Origin: Takakia lepidozioides | Lineage: Eukaryota; Plantae; Bryophyta | NCBI GenBank assembly: GCA_030704615.1 | Contig: CM060734.1 | Location: forward strand, 8,618,001-8,682,000 | Length of the DNA: 64,000 nucleotides | Direction of reading: 5' to 3' | Shown here: in pieces, positions 34,452 to 47,890 of the stretch | Layout: the number at the start of each line of letters is the position of its first letter | Position numbering within the stretch: position 1 is the first letter of the stretch | The notes under the pieces: model-generated | What the model was told of the DNA's origin: nothing | The model's input: the letters and a program-made list of their open reading frames with translations, nothing else | Databases searched by the model: none | Made by a program: the position numbers and the translations under genes

Positions 34452-35719
34452 ATGATGGTGGTGTGGAGCCAAGCTTAGGGCATTGGAAGGGCTAATTGGA
34501 AAACAAATTGTGGGAAGTCCTTGAAGAGAGATCATTCAAGCATGTTTCCCAAGTGTGGCTTCCAACTTCAAGATTGAGGAGAGCTAGAAGGTGAAGGGAG
34601 CAAGTTGATTCCTTTGTGTATGAGGTGAAGCATGTGTGGAGTATGCTTTTGGCTTGAGTTTTTCCCTTTCAAGCTTGAGATGAGTGGCTCTTGAGCACGC
34701 TTGAGTAACTTGAGGTGAAGAAGATCAAGGGAATTTGCCTTGGTATCCCATAGAATTCACGGATGCTTGAGGGATTAAGCATAGAGCTCCAAGGAGCACA
34801 TACCCTAGCTTGGTAAAGCTAAACCTCAAGGAAATAGAGAGGGAAGTGGCTAAAACTTAGGGGGAAATGGCTAAACCCTAGGGGGAAATGAACTACTCTA
34901 TGAGGGGGAAATGGCTATTGCCAGGGGAAATGGCTATCCCAAGGGGGACATGGCTATTCCTAAGGAGAATACAAGGGAATACAAGGAAAATACATATAGG
35001 CCCAAGGAAATACTGGGGGAATAATATGGTATATTCTTAAGAATATTCTTAGGGAACTTTGGGAAACTATTTAGAACTTATTGGGACCCCATTGGGAATG
35101 CATTGGGAACATAGTAAGTCCTTGGAAGACTATTTAGAGACCTTGGAGGACTGTTTGGGGCCCTTGGAGAACTATTTGGAGGACTATTCGGGGTCCTTGG
35201 AGGCCAATATTTGGCGAGCTTAAGGAGTCTTTGGTGAATTGTGTGAGAGACTATTTGGGGTCCTCGAGGGCCAAGTTTTGGCAGGCTCTTGGGGCCTTGT
35301 TGTACTGTTTGGAGTCCCATTGTGCAAGGTTTGGGAGCCTTAGTAAGATTGTTTGAGAGAAATCTTGAGGGCTCCTGGAGAGTTATTTGAGAGACCCTTG
35401 AAAGGTAGTCTTGTCTATTGCTCCAGCAAGAGAGTGTGGAGATAGGGTAGTGGGATGAGAGCATGTTGGGATTAGGAATTGCTTTAGTCTCTTTTCCTTG
35501 TAGTCTTTCACCCTCTATGTAGGCCAAAACCTTTCCGTATGTGGAGGCAAGAGTCAGTCCGGGTTTGGGCTGGGGTGTCATTGCAGGAGCGACACTGTGG
35601 AGTTTTTTTGGTGTGGGGGAGTTGTTGTCTTGATTTTCTTGTGTTTGGATCCCCTCCACACCTGCATGCTTGACTGTGTATCATGTTAGCTTTGTGTGGG
35701 CGCTTGTTTTCATAGGAGG

Positions 35720-36340
35720 TTGGGATTTGATCACCGGCGTCGCATTTGCGTCGCAGCGGTGACGTCGCAGAAATCCGCGCTTAAGGCGACGCCAGGGGGG
35801 TCACACAATGCACCCCCGGGACTCCAGGGTTTGCGACGCTACGGGTCGCTACCACCCGCGACACCCTCGTCGTCGCAAAGGGGGGGAGCGTGAGGTGCAA
35901 GGAACGCGACACTCCGAGCGTCGCATCGGAAAGCGACGTACTGTGCGTTGCTCCCGCATTGCGTCGTCCCTTCCGTCGCCGTTTTCGTGTGGCTGATTTT
36001 ATTTTGTGTTTTTAAATAAAAATGTATATTAAAATCTATTTTTGTTATATCCATTATTGCGACACCTACTGCATCGCAGTAAGAATGCGACATTTTTTCA
36101 CCTTTTTTAAATCAAATTTATCTTTTTCAAGCTGCTCGCATGGGCGACACCTTTCGGGTAATTGTTTTTTTTTTTTTTTTTTTTTTTTTTTTCCTATCGA
36201 GTTATTGTGATTTTTTCTTTTTTTCTTTCGGGTGCCCCTCCTGCGGCACCAGGGACGTCGCATATGAACTATGACGCTTACGGGAGCCCAATGGGTGTCT
36301 CCTTGTGCGACGCATCGCAGTAAACCTACGACGATTGTGG
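35720..36340. repeat. CACTA-type subterminal repeat fragment (TGCGAC/GTCGCA array)
   Basis: Same motif density as 25400-25650 and 32650-33250; no terminus or coding region seen. Confidence 0.6.
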
Positions 36341-36349
36341 GGGGGGATC

Positions 36350-39300
36350 CTCTTCTCTGTTATATTCTCAATGGCAGTCTTCCGCCCCTTTACAACTCTC
36401 GTTCAAAAGATTATGGGAACCATAGTATTAGGACCATTTCTCAATATTGCTCTCTTGAACGTGATCTTCCACTTAGGGGTTCTTCCCCTCCCTCCGTAAC
36501 TCATCACTTTTACTTCAAAAACGGACAAAACTATCACCTTTACAACTCTCGTTCAAAAAGTTCTCGGAACCATAGTATTAGGACCATTTCTCAATATTGC
36601 TCTCTTGAATGTGATCTTCCACTCATGGGTTCTTCCCCTCCCTCTGGAACTCATCACTTTTACTTCAAAAACGGACAAAACTATCATACCACTTACAGGC
36701 CATACCCGACCCTTATAAACTGCCCATACCACCACCCTATTAATATACCCCCTGCTCCCCAACCTGCCATCATAACCCCCACCTCTCAAATTCAGGTCCC
36801 ACACCCGATACATCACTAATCCTCTATACCCACCATACGTACATCCACTCACATGCGACTCCCTCTTTGACACCTGTTTCAAGTACAAAAGGCATTTGTA
36901 TCCACTCCAATACACCCCATGACATATACGGCATATGCCACGTATATTGTGGTACAATACCCTAACACTAACCCTAAAACATGTCACACCACGCACCCCC
37001 AGCCAAATATTTTTAACAAAGCATACATTACTCTGGTCCAGTATTACACCCAAAACCCCGCTTATACCCTTCTATCCATACAATGATACTTTCCACAGAC
37101 TCAGCCCTCCCCCCCCCCCGGGCTACGTATATCTCCGGTACCATACCTGGAATATATTCCATATATTGTGCCTCCATACCCCCATAATGACTCCCTAGTA
37201 ACACCTCCGAACTTACCACACGCTAGTAACTCTCTGAGTCCACTATTCTTTGTGTCCACTATTCACGAATGGATGGAGGGACCTCATCCAATAAAACCAA
37301 AACCACTATCCAAAACCCTATTCATCCCCCTCCCCCAACCGACATCCCACCCGCGGTATACCTATAAAATCCCCCTACCGTGGTACACCCAATATATCCC
37401 CTCTATTTATTCAATCTTTACAAGCTGCTCTAACCCGTATCCTGCCCATCAATTCTGTGACCAAATAACCCCACCACCCCTCACCTACCCTCAAGCTCTT
37501 AAAAAACTCTACCATATATATCAGCTCCATCTCATAACCCATAGCCCGCATGGCCGACACCCACTACACTTAGGAAGGTCTAAACACTACTACCATCACC
37601 CCCCCCCCCCCCGCCCCAGATAACTCACATAAATACTTGCTCAACCCTAATATTATTACGATGTGGCGACATACATCCAAACCTAGGGCCTACCACTATC
37701 AACGAACTTATCAGGGAACTCTCCACGGACGCACAAGAGAGATATGCTCTATATTTCCAGCCGAACACCGTGTCGCTCATGCACAACTATCGGCATATTT
37801 TAGACCACTTCACCTTTTTTTTTCCCACGCGACCAACACACTGATCATACATCCACGCAACTCATCACAACATTGGACTCTCGTCCAGCTGCTACCCAGC
37901 ACTTTCTAAAGCCCTCTTAAAACTCAAAACTTTCCCTGCGTCACATTTCCTCTTCTCCCTTATCATCATCACTAGGGTAGCCTGTGATGTTGGCCCAAGT
38001 GTCCAGTGTCATCTAAGTCATCTAGGTCTAATCATTTTTTTCCCACAGAACCTACGACCTGCTTTGAACCGGGGACCTTTTCCTTGATATCTCTCATGTC
38101 AAGGCTCCGATCATTATGCTAGGAAAGCCCACTTTGCTATTTTTTACAAATTTCCAACGGCCAAAATTACATGAAAGTCCGCATCTCCCACACCGCTGGT
38201 CCAAAAATCATGAACCGGAGACCTTTCCCTTGATATCTGTCCTGTCGAGGCTCCAATCTTTGTCCAACGACCAAAAGTACTTGAAATTCATATTAGCCAT
38301 ATCTCACATTTTTTTTTTCCACATATCCATCTAAGTAATCATCTAAGTCCAAGTGTAATCCCCTATGTATCAAAGTGCGTCTCCTATGTCGAGGCCCAAA
38401 TGCAACCTCTAGGGTAGCCTTTGCTATCGGCCCAAGTGTCTAGTGTCATCTAAGTCCAAGTGCAATCCCCTATGTCAAGGCCCATGTGTGAAGAATTGAA
38501 ATCTAAGCCCAAGTGCAATCTTCTATTCATGTATCCAAGTGCATCTCCCATGTACAGGCCCAAATGTCCAATGTCATCTAAGTCCAAGTGCAATCCCATA
38601 TCTAATCATTTATTTTTTCAAAGAGCCTACGACCAAATTTGAACCGGAGACCTTTCCCCTGATATCTCTCCCGTCGAGGCTCCAACCATTGTCCCAGGAA
38701 AGCCCACTTTGCCATTTTTGCTATTTTTCCCGAATTTTCAGCAACCCAAAGCACTTGAAATTCCGTATCTCCCACACCGCGGGTCCAAAAATCATGAGAC
38801 CAAGCCGGTGCACCCCTCCTCATCGAGGGCTTTCCAACGGCACCAAGCATGGCGTCGGGGCCCCGCGTTTTGGGAGATCTCAACGACGCTACAAACAAAA
38901 CAAAACAAAACAAAACAAACAAACTGGCTTCCTTCATATATTGATTTGCCCCCTCCGAGAGACATGTAATGGATACCTCCACTCCCACTCAGTCTCCCAA
39001 ATCCGCTCTCTTCTCTAACAATTACAAAGGCTACTCCCGCTCCCTCACAACCACTTGCCCCCACCCCTCCCCCACTACTTATCCGAAATCCACACCTCTC
39101 TTAACCTTTTAAATTCCAAAACCGGGGTTGTACATAAAATTCTCGGGGACCATCTAGCATCATTACCCACGCCCGACCAAGACCACCACCTCATCACCAA
39201 TAAATTCCCCTTCCTCTCCACAAATATCCTCTCTGCCACACTCAAAGCAGTCAACCCGATACCCGGATACGATCCCCCCACCCTAGCAACCCAAACCGTG

Positions 39301-40111
39301 GAACCCCCTCCCAACCACACCCCCACCTCCCCCGGCGCCTGCACCAGTGCACTCACTATCACCTCTTGGAATGTGGGATCACTGGCTACCAATATGCAAA
39401 GCCTACTTCATCTTTTCACCAACTCTTCACAACCACATATCTTGCTCCTACAAGAAACCAAACTACACACCAATAATACTAGCAGTTCTTATATAAATAA
39501 ACTACTACCCGATTACTATCTCTTATATGGTAATCCTCTGTCTCTCACGCTGCTCTGCACCCTACAAATCCACTAGGGGTGGTGTAGCACTTGGTATTCT
39601 TCGTATACACCTCCCAGTACCACCACAAAAATCACCGTACCTGTCCCCCTCCGATCTCACCTTCAAATTATCCAACTACACCCACCAGCATTATGTCCTA
39701 TCACCCTCATACATCTGTATATGCCCTCACATACCGACGACCTCCCCCTCATATCCGACATACTGAACACTATTTCCCACACAGTCACTCACCCATAACC
39801 AACACCACCATATCATATTGGCAGACGACTTCAATATAGACATTGCACTGCTAGGCCACTCAGGCAACGGAACCCACAAACCCCCATCCTCAGTGGACCA
39901 CGAATAGGCTAGATTCACCTAGCTCCTACAGCTCAAATACATCTCCGCGGACTATCACTACTCTGGGATATTAACTACTCTTCCTTAAGCCTACTTGATG
40001 GATTCTACCTCAAAACCCGCAATGAAATCCCACCATACATTCTAAGCCACGTTCACATCGATAGCTTATGGAACTCGGACCACTACCCGGTGTCCGTTTA
40101 CCTCCCCCCGT
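36350..40111 (+). mobile_element. Degraded LINE with apurinic endonuclease domain
   Basis: ITSWNVGSL, ILLLQETK, RGGVAL, ADDFN and NSDHYPV motifs at 39350-40100. C-rich upstream region with a 153-bp tandem duplication (36387-36690). Cut by the LTR at 40112. Confidence 0.75.
37972..38944 (-). mobile_element. Non-autonomous Helitron
   Basis: The minus strand starts A|TCAATATATGAAGG followed by a GTTT(T) microsatellite and ends GGGCCAACATCACAGGCTACCCTAG|T. It is inserted between A and T without a TSD and has internal repeats. Confidence 0.75.
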
Positions 40112-41236
40112 TGTTGAGCGGATTTTACTCACCAATCCATTAGCTATCCGAGGTGGAAACTCCAATAGAAGAGTTGGAAATCTCTAAGTACTCAGCCCGC
40201 TCAGAACAATCACTCATGACCTACAGCTAGTGTATCATGGGGGTGCTTTCCTATATCTATTCATTCTTGCATTCATGTTTAGTATGTTACCCTACTCTAT
40301 ATAATGTATCTGCAAGCTGTTCTAACCGCTTAACTAATTACTAACTGCCAACCAAGACAGTATGTAAGTACTGTCATTCCTTATGTTAATGACGTTCCCG
40401 CACTTTCGTTCCCCGCCAGTGAGAACAGTACCTTGTGACCCGTGTCGGCTGTGTCATGTGGTGTTGTGACAGACTGTCTCGACTGTGTGCTGTGTCGGAT
40501 TGTGTCAGCTGTGTCGGGCTGTGAATTGTGTCGGGCTGTGACTGGTTGTGTCGGACTGTGATTGTGTCGGGCTGTGACGAACACTGACAGGCTGTGATAG
40601 GCTATGTAAGCCTGTGACTACTGACTGTGTGAGCCTATGTCTGCCACCTCTAAGGCCTATGCTGGTCTGAGTCTACCACACCTTAAGGCCTGCGCAAATT
40701 TAAGGGTACCCCACAGAACCCGTAAAACTGTCTAAGTCCCAGACAACCCTGTAACATTAAACCCCCCCCCCACCCTCCCCTCTCTCAAAAAACCGTGCCC
40801 TCACGGTTTACTGCTTAGGGCCAGCAAACCTCTGAAATGTGGCATCAGTATGTCGATGAGAGCCTTTATGAGGGCTCTGTGTATGAGCCCGATCCTTGTC
40901 TTTGGCTGGTGGAGATGACTGCCGACTTGGTGGAGCAGACTGTCATGTCTTGGGTTGATATGGTAGCCATTTCTCAGGCATAGGAGATCCTCGTTGTCTC
41001 TTCTCCTCCATTGCTTTCTCATAGTCAGCCATGTCAAAATTGCCATCTAAAAAACCAGTGGTATTAGAATCACTGTCCCCCCTCTGGCCTTTCTGTTTCC
41101 TGACCTTCACTTGAAGTTTGATTGGCATACAGTGTATGCCCACCATGTCTGGAACACTATGTAATAAGAGTTGTTGTGCCAGCTTCTTTCGGGCAAGACC
41201 AGTATAAGCCCGTAGCTCCTCATCTGTATAGCTGAG
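40112..41236 (-). mobile_element. 3' LTR (40112-40756, internally deleted) plus PPT and the end of ORF2, Gypsy extra-ORF family copy 2
   Basis: Collinear with 5814-7177 with the same TG...CA LTR ends; encodes LSYTDEELRAYTGLARKKLAQ. Confidence 0.9.
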
Positions 41237-44158
41237 ATTGGGGATAAATTCCGATGGACTTAAAGAACCAGATTGCCAATATAGACGAGGACCTGCAACA
41301 GACTTCTTCTTCCACATGCTCCCCTTCTAGCCTCTTGAGCTTCCTAATGCTCTCCAAGTGCTTGCCCTTGTTGTCTTCAAGCCCAAGCCTATGTAGCTCT
41401 TTGGCTTCTCTTCCACACTTTGAACTTGCTTTACCCTAGATTGATAGTGAAATAAGCACTAACAATCTTATAGTTGCTCTCCACATGCCATGGCATACAC
41501 CGTTGACTCCATAATGCATAGAAATTATTCTCAAACCCTAGAATCCATGTTTCCACACACACAAGACTTCCCTCTTGCAATCCTTGTAAATCTTGTGGCA
41601 AACAAGCTCCTTCTTGAGCTCTCCAACACCTTGGTGTAACACCACAAGTATCTTTCCTTGCAAGCCTTGCAAGCCTTGTGATACAAGAGCTAAATTCTCC
41701 TAGCTCTCAACCTCTTTAACATACAAGTGCAAAACTAATCCTTACACTCCGCACTCACAAGCATAAGGTCATCTTCTTGTAGTGATAATGGAAGTGAACA
41801 CAATGGAAACACTCCACTCATGAATCCACTCAATCACATAAACTAAATCAAGCCAAGGGCACCCTTGGTAAGGGAATCCACCCTACAAATCCCTCAACAC
41901 ACTCCCTCTCAATACCTAGAGTTATGGAGGTGGGAGAGGCTCAACTACAAGAAGATGAGCCCTCCTCAACCCTCACAAGGGAAAACCCATCCCCATGTCC
42001 CAAGTGAGGCTTGACATCTCACTTGGCATGTGAGACCAAATGAAGTCCCAACACACAAAATACAAATATAAATATCCAAAATATCTTAATTAACTAGAAG
42101 TAGGTAACTCTAGTTAAGTTAACCATGACTAAAACCATGACATGGTAGTCGCAAGCGTATCCAATAATATATATAATATACAATATATAACACATCTCGA
42201 AGGAAGCATAAATTATGGTGTCTCTTGACCCCGAACTATTGCTTTCTAGGAAGGTGGACACCTTTGTGACACCAATCGGCGGATTGAACCCACAACCACT
42301 TCCGAGGTGGTATGTGCCGATTAACACTCGGCTACAACTTGGTTGTCATCCATCCCATATGATAAACTGGCAACATCATCCGATCCAATAGAGTTATCTG
42401 TAAAGTGAGCCTGAGTTTGATACCCTGTTTGGACCCGAGATACGGGTTTCATCCTGAGTTTGAGTAAATCCGTAAAGTGCAGAAAATTGGGCATGAACTC
42501 AGAAAAGAGGGCACCAAAGCATAAACTGGGGATGAGGGCAACGGCTGCTCACGCGAGCTCGTGAGCTCTGACTGCCTCCGCCTCGACGACGAACAAAACT
42601 CGGGTCCTGGCAGTTTGGTCCCGTGGTTTTTTCTAGTCGTACCGCTTGATCCTGAGTTTTGAGTCTCATGCCCAGTTTTGGCCAAACTTAGGGTTCTCAT
42701 GCCAAGTTTGGGACCCTTTACGGATAACTCTAATATATCACCGAAATCGGAAAGCACTGCTCAAAAATTCCACTCCCGTGCGCATGATTCTCAAGTTCTT
42801 CGATATGAATTTTACCTCTTACAAAAACATTTTCTGCTCCACTTCCGCCAACAAGTCGGCCAAAGATCAAGCGAATCCATGGGAATGCCACAAACCAATT
42901 ACCGAATGCAATGGCACCCTCTCCATCGTAAACCCCCAACCAGGCCTTCCTTTTCTCTACACCCACATGGCCAACATTCTCGGGCAGCTCCTGCCCTGCG
43001 AGAAACATTCCCGGGACCGCTGCCCCCTGACCCGGACGACTAAATTCGTTGCCGACCACGTTCCCTGTCACGTTCCCAATGCTACAAACCGGCCACGTCC
43101 CCACGCTGACCGCATCGTTCTGGTCGTGCCGGCGGGACGTGGTCCCCGCTGCCGACCGCGGTCGCTTTCTTACCCGCGGCTGCTGCAACCGTCGCCTATA
43201 CGCAGGCGGCCAGGATTGAGCCCGGAACCATCCCCTGAGTGGCCCCCAGTGTCTTTAGATTGAAGCCAATCGAAGCCCGCCACGTGGATAAAGATGGCCG
43301 GAAATGTAAAGTGTAGCCAATGGGTGGGCTGCCTCATTTATTAAGGCGTTGAATCCGTTTGAATATCACTTTCTCATCCATCTATCCATCCATCTATCCA
43401 ATTACGGAGAGTCAAACATTCCAATCTAATGGCCAGCATTCATTATTTTATCTGAAGTGTTATTCAAGTAAATAATAAACAATGGTTAAACACTAATCAT
43501 TCGACATAAATTTGGCCCGTGGATATTTACTGCAAACATTAAATTACTTAAAAATATATAAAGTTATTAATTCATAATGGATATATTTAGACGGATGAAA
43601 GTATGGTGTAATTGTTGATCCAAGGGTGATGTTTGTCATCCTCGAAGGCGACAGTACGTCAAAAAGGACGAGCGATAGCCGCGAATTGGCGCAGCCGGTC
43701 AAATCCTCACCACCGGCCACGCCCGGTCGTCTACCGTGTCCCCGGGTTCCCAGCTCCCGGCCGGGGGAGGGGAACGCGGCCCTTAAGCCGGGTCGGGATT
43801 GTGGAACTGTTCCCCATGGCCGACCCCGGGATAAGAGCAGAGCAGGAGCAGCACTAGTGTGTTTCTGTCGGTCTCGTGGTCTCGACGGATCGCTGTAGAG
43901 CGAGCGATGTTGTCGTATGAGGAACGGCTAAGAGGCGAGGCCTCCAGCTTTCTGTGGAGTTGGGAAGGCTTGGAAGCGCTCGGCAGCGTGTGGGTTGCAT
44001 CACAGAGGCGGGTCGAGTCGCCATGATTCAGCTGCGGGTCTGAGTGGGCAAAATGCGGCTCCATTTGCTTGGAAGGTGATGCATGCGAGTTGTGATAGGG
44101 ATGTGGATGTGAGAAATTCGGAACGATTGTGTGGATTTGGTGGGGTTGTCTGCAACCC

Positions 44159-45739
44159 ATGACGAAAGTGTGCAAGCGGCACTTCGGGTATCAGCCTGGG
44201 GGTGGGGTGTGCGCGGGTTGCTTGGAAGAGAGGTTGATAAGACTGTTTCGCGGAGAGACGGAAATCTTCGACTGGGATGTTGCAGACAAGCTTGGTGAGA
44301 CGTCGCCCGCAAATGATAAATCGGGTGGTCCTGGGTGGCGACCACAATCTGGTAGTGCTGGTCGGACGATGGAGGTGGATGCGTTGGATTCGAGGTCTCA
44401 GTTTACAAAAAGAGGTGCTGATGATGCTGTGGAGAAGAACTTGGTGAGAGATTTGATTCAGCCCAACGTCAATGGTTCGACCAGAGATTGGAGTGGGAGA
44501 ACAGGGTCGCAAATGGGGCTACAAGCGGTTATAGGAGAGGAGGAGGAAGGCGAGGTGCTAGCTAACGACAAAAGCCCTCCCCAATTGTCCTCTGAGATAA
44601 AATCTATCATGAAGGAATGGGCCCTCTTGCAGGCAGAGCGAAGGTCTAATAGGATCCATGTGACAGCTTTAGTTGCAAACCTGTCTGATGCATTTGATAA
44701 ATATCATCGACCAGATCCTTCCCAACCTAGTGTAGAAAGGAATGCAGGAGCGCAGATTGTGGGAGCCAGTTTGCTGCCCAAAGTTTACACGATTGCAGAG
44801 GAAACACCCCTTGGAGAGAAGGGGGATGACATAGACCAAGATAATGCTAGGCAGGAGTCAGTCTCCTTGGCCTCACCGGTCAAAGAGACCCGTGCACCTG
44901 GGACGACCCATTTGGATGGAGATTTAGAAGACACAGACCCTGAAAGTGCAGAGGAGGGCGATCGGTCACCGGCATGTTTCAATTCAGTGTGGTCGACACC
45001 CAGTAAAGATGAGCGGAAAGCAAAGTGGGTTAAGGGTTTTGGAAGTCCAAAAATTTCTAGTAACAGGATATTTCCACGAAAATCGAGGGAAGAACTTGCA
45101 CCTCCAGCTCGCATGGCAACCGTGCCAGAAGATTCCAGAGACAACAGACGTGAGGGAGTTGGTGCCTTATCTAAGGCTACTCAGAGCGTTGATGGAGACG
45201 AAGGCTGGCAGTCCCCTCAAGTAAGGGGCTTGCGAGCGGAGACTGCTACAGCAAATGAGAATGTCGCCTCCAGGTTTAGTTCGATTGATGCAAGGTGTAC
45301 AGTCGAGGAGTCTGCTCGAAGCATCTCATGTCATGTCAATCAGAACGAGGTAGAAATGGAAATGGCGAAACGCCTAGAAAATTCTAGGAATGCAGTTATT
45401 TCATGGCTTCAGAACCTGCCAAGCCCAAAGACAGCCCTTTTCAAGAAGACTGGGCAGCTTCAAGTGCCTTCAGGATGGGGTCTCTCTCTAGGTGGCAATG
45501 TTGAGATGGATCAGATACTTGATGAGGGGGTGGAGGTATTCTCGCACCCTCAGGAGACTTCTGATGAGTCAATTGAAGATGCAGTGCCAGCTGAAATTCC
45601 TAGTGAAATGTCTTCCTTTCGCAAGTTTTTAGTAAGTCCATCACAAAAACTGCTGAAGTTTGCAGGAGAATCGACAACCGCAGACTCCAGCACAGTGGAA
45701 AGGCCCCAAACAAGGCCCATACAGACCAATTCCGGTTAG
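44159..45739 (+). CDS. OCTOPUS-like / DUF740-family protein (single exon)
   Basis: N-terminal CKRH......GVCAGCLEERL signature followed by a long Ser-rich, probably disordered body; intact ORF of ~526 aa. Confidence 0.7.
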   Translation: MTKVCKRHFGYQPGGGVCAGCLEERLIRLFRGETEIFDWDVADKLGETSPANDKSGGPGWRPQSGSAGRTMEVDALDSRSQFTKRGADDAVEKNLVRDLIQPNVNGSTRDWSGRTGSQMGLQAVIGEEEEGEVLANDKSPPQLSSEIKSIMKEWALLQAERRSNRIHVTALVANLSDAFDKYHRPDPSQPSVERNAGAQIVGASLLPKVYTIAEETPLGEKGDDIDQDNARQESVSLASPVKETRAPGTTHLDGDLEDTDPESAEEGDRSPACFNSVWSTPSKDERKAKWVKGFGSPKISSNRIFPRKSREELAPPARMATVPEDSRDNRREGVGALSKATQSVDGDEGWQSPQVRGLRAETATANENVASRFSSIDARCTVEESARSISCHVNQNEVEMEMAKRLENSRNAVISWLQNLPSPKTALFKKTGQLQVPSGWGLSLGGNVEMDQILDEGVEVFSHPQETSDESIEDAVPAEIPSEMSSFRKFLVSPSQKLLKFAGESTTADSSTVERPQTRPIQTNSG

Positions 45740-46845
45740 CTCTTCATCGTCGGCTGTATCCGGTTTGTTTTGTTGCCGAGGATACCCCACAGGGAGCGGG
45801 AGAGAGAGGGATCTTTAGAGTGTAGGGGATGCCCAATACTGATTGACCAGGAAATCAGCCCTTGTTAGGATCCAGTCTGAAACCCTGGATTTAGAGTTTT
45901 GTCTGACTCATCTTAGCAGTTGTCACAGTCGGTGACACTCCAACAGAGATAAAAGACTCGGTTACACAAATTAATCATATCCGGGCAAAGGAGCCTCTTA
46001 TGAGAATTATAGGTGTAAAGAGGGGCATTTTCTGTGTGGACTCAAATGGCCCTGATCAAGACTTGGGTGCTCACTGTTACTCATGCCTACTGGAGGCTCC
46101 CAGACATGAACCCTGGTGTTTATATGTAAGATAGTGTTTAATATATCTACTTTTAATGAGTGCATTTTGACTTCCCTGTATAAGACACATTGAATTGGAA
46201 AGCTATCCTTGGAGACATCACTTGGTGAGGAGTTTCCAACGGAGTCCTAAATTGGAAATGGAAATTTGGACACCAGTGGGTCCAGATAGATGTGACTGTT
46301 TAGATGTGACTCAATAAATATGACAGAAAGTGTGGTTATTATTTCTGCTGCGATGATGGTACACTGTGAGAGAAAGATTTAATGAAGTTACATAGTGAAT
46401 CTTCTCTGACCAAGCTGGATCTGTTATTGAAGTTGCTGGTGCCTTTTGAAGCTCTACTTTTCTCCATGCAGCCTTACAGATTTACTACAACCCCTGCTTG
46501 ACAGTTCTTCACCATCGTCATAACCTCAACCCACCATCAAACTGTACAGTCAAAGTCAGTGAGCTGCAAAAGAGATGCAGATCAAGCATATTATGATTAT
46601 GATTAGTATTGTCTCTGAGAGGTGTTGGAGTGTTCTTCTAGATATCAGGTTGTAAATTGGATGAGGCTTAGCTCCATCTATAAATACAGGAGACCCTCAG
46701 GAGCTGACATCATTATAGCAAGTCCGATCTGGCACCTTCGTCCCACCTGCACAATGCCGGTGACATTACCAACAAGAGACTCTAAAGTTGCAGAGGACTC
46801 TTGTGCAGCATGTACAGCCACAACACAGATAAGGTGAGGAAGAAA

Positions 46846-47890
46846 TCATGCTACCCCCAGCCCTAAGCTGGAGGGAGCTGCTGCTGCTGCTGCGCCTTCT
46901 TGTGACCTATCTGCTTCGACAATCTTGAAATTTGGCCTCTTGGGTGGTTCAACAGAGAACAGAAATTCCTTAACAAAAGGAGGATGCTCTCCCACATGGT
47001 GGCAGGCCACTTTAAGTTGACGTTGCTCTCTCATCCACCGGAGCATCATTTTCATATGCCTCTTGCTTTTCAATCCTGTATCCGGAATCTGCTTGGCCCT
47101 AGAAAATCAGAATTAGAGAGAGGGCAGGTGCAGAGGCCAAGGGTCGTGTACTCAATAGAACCAAGAATAACATTCGAGGAGGATATAAAGCCACAGTCAG
47201 TCTTTGCTACAGTCCACACACAAACCTGGTTTCATCTTTGCGCTCTTGCTTGAGATATATACCTCGAGATGAAGGCACTCTGCCCCTCCATTGAAACAAT
47301 TACTGGACCTACAAGGGGCTCGCATTGCTTACAATGAGTAACCCTGCGATGCTGGAGGCAGGGTCTGGAGACCAGAAAAGGATTGGCACCAGCCTACCCT
47401 GGATCAACAAAGGCTGAGAAAAACAAAGAGGTTTAGTGCCTCGGGGGAGAGAGAGAGAGAGAAAATGTACTCATTAGAGAGAGAGTGTGTAGCCATGTTG
47501 TTTGCCGTAACCTTGTGGCCATTGAACCCGCGCGCAGTTTGAGAGAGAGAGAGAGAATGTACTCATAAGACGTTGTTTGCCGAGATAATTGGAGAGAGAG
47601 AGAGCGAGAGAGAGAGAGAGAGTCACCAGCCTACCCTGGATTAACAAAGGCTGAGGAAAAGACAGCAATTTAGTCTTCTTTAGAAGAAGAGAGAGAGAGG
47701 GAGAGAGAACCTGAGAGGCATGCTTCCAGCAGTCTTGAACAGTGAGGGGACCATGTTCTTTCAAGATGTTGAATAGACTCTGTGATGCACTCAGAAAGTT
47801 GCTACCCAAGTTGGCAGCTTTGATGGGCTTGGGCCCGGGATTCCTTTTGCCAAGCAGTCTGACCGCCGTGGCGAACATGACTCCCTGCAT
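46846..47890 (-). CDS. Small conserved plant protein, probably mitochondrial (resembles mitoribosomal mL80-type proteins); exons 47890-47711 and 47088-46846
   Basis: MFATAVRLL presequence-like start, ILKEHGPLTV..CW and GLKSKRHMK.MLRWMRE...LK..C.HVG motifs. The phase-0 GT..AG intron joins WKHASQ|IPDTGLKS in frame. Confidence 0.75.

Noticed and set aside
42449-43263. ORFs of 100-205 aa on both strands
   Set aside because: No recognisable motifs; the region looks like LTR or other repeat-derived sequence.
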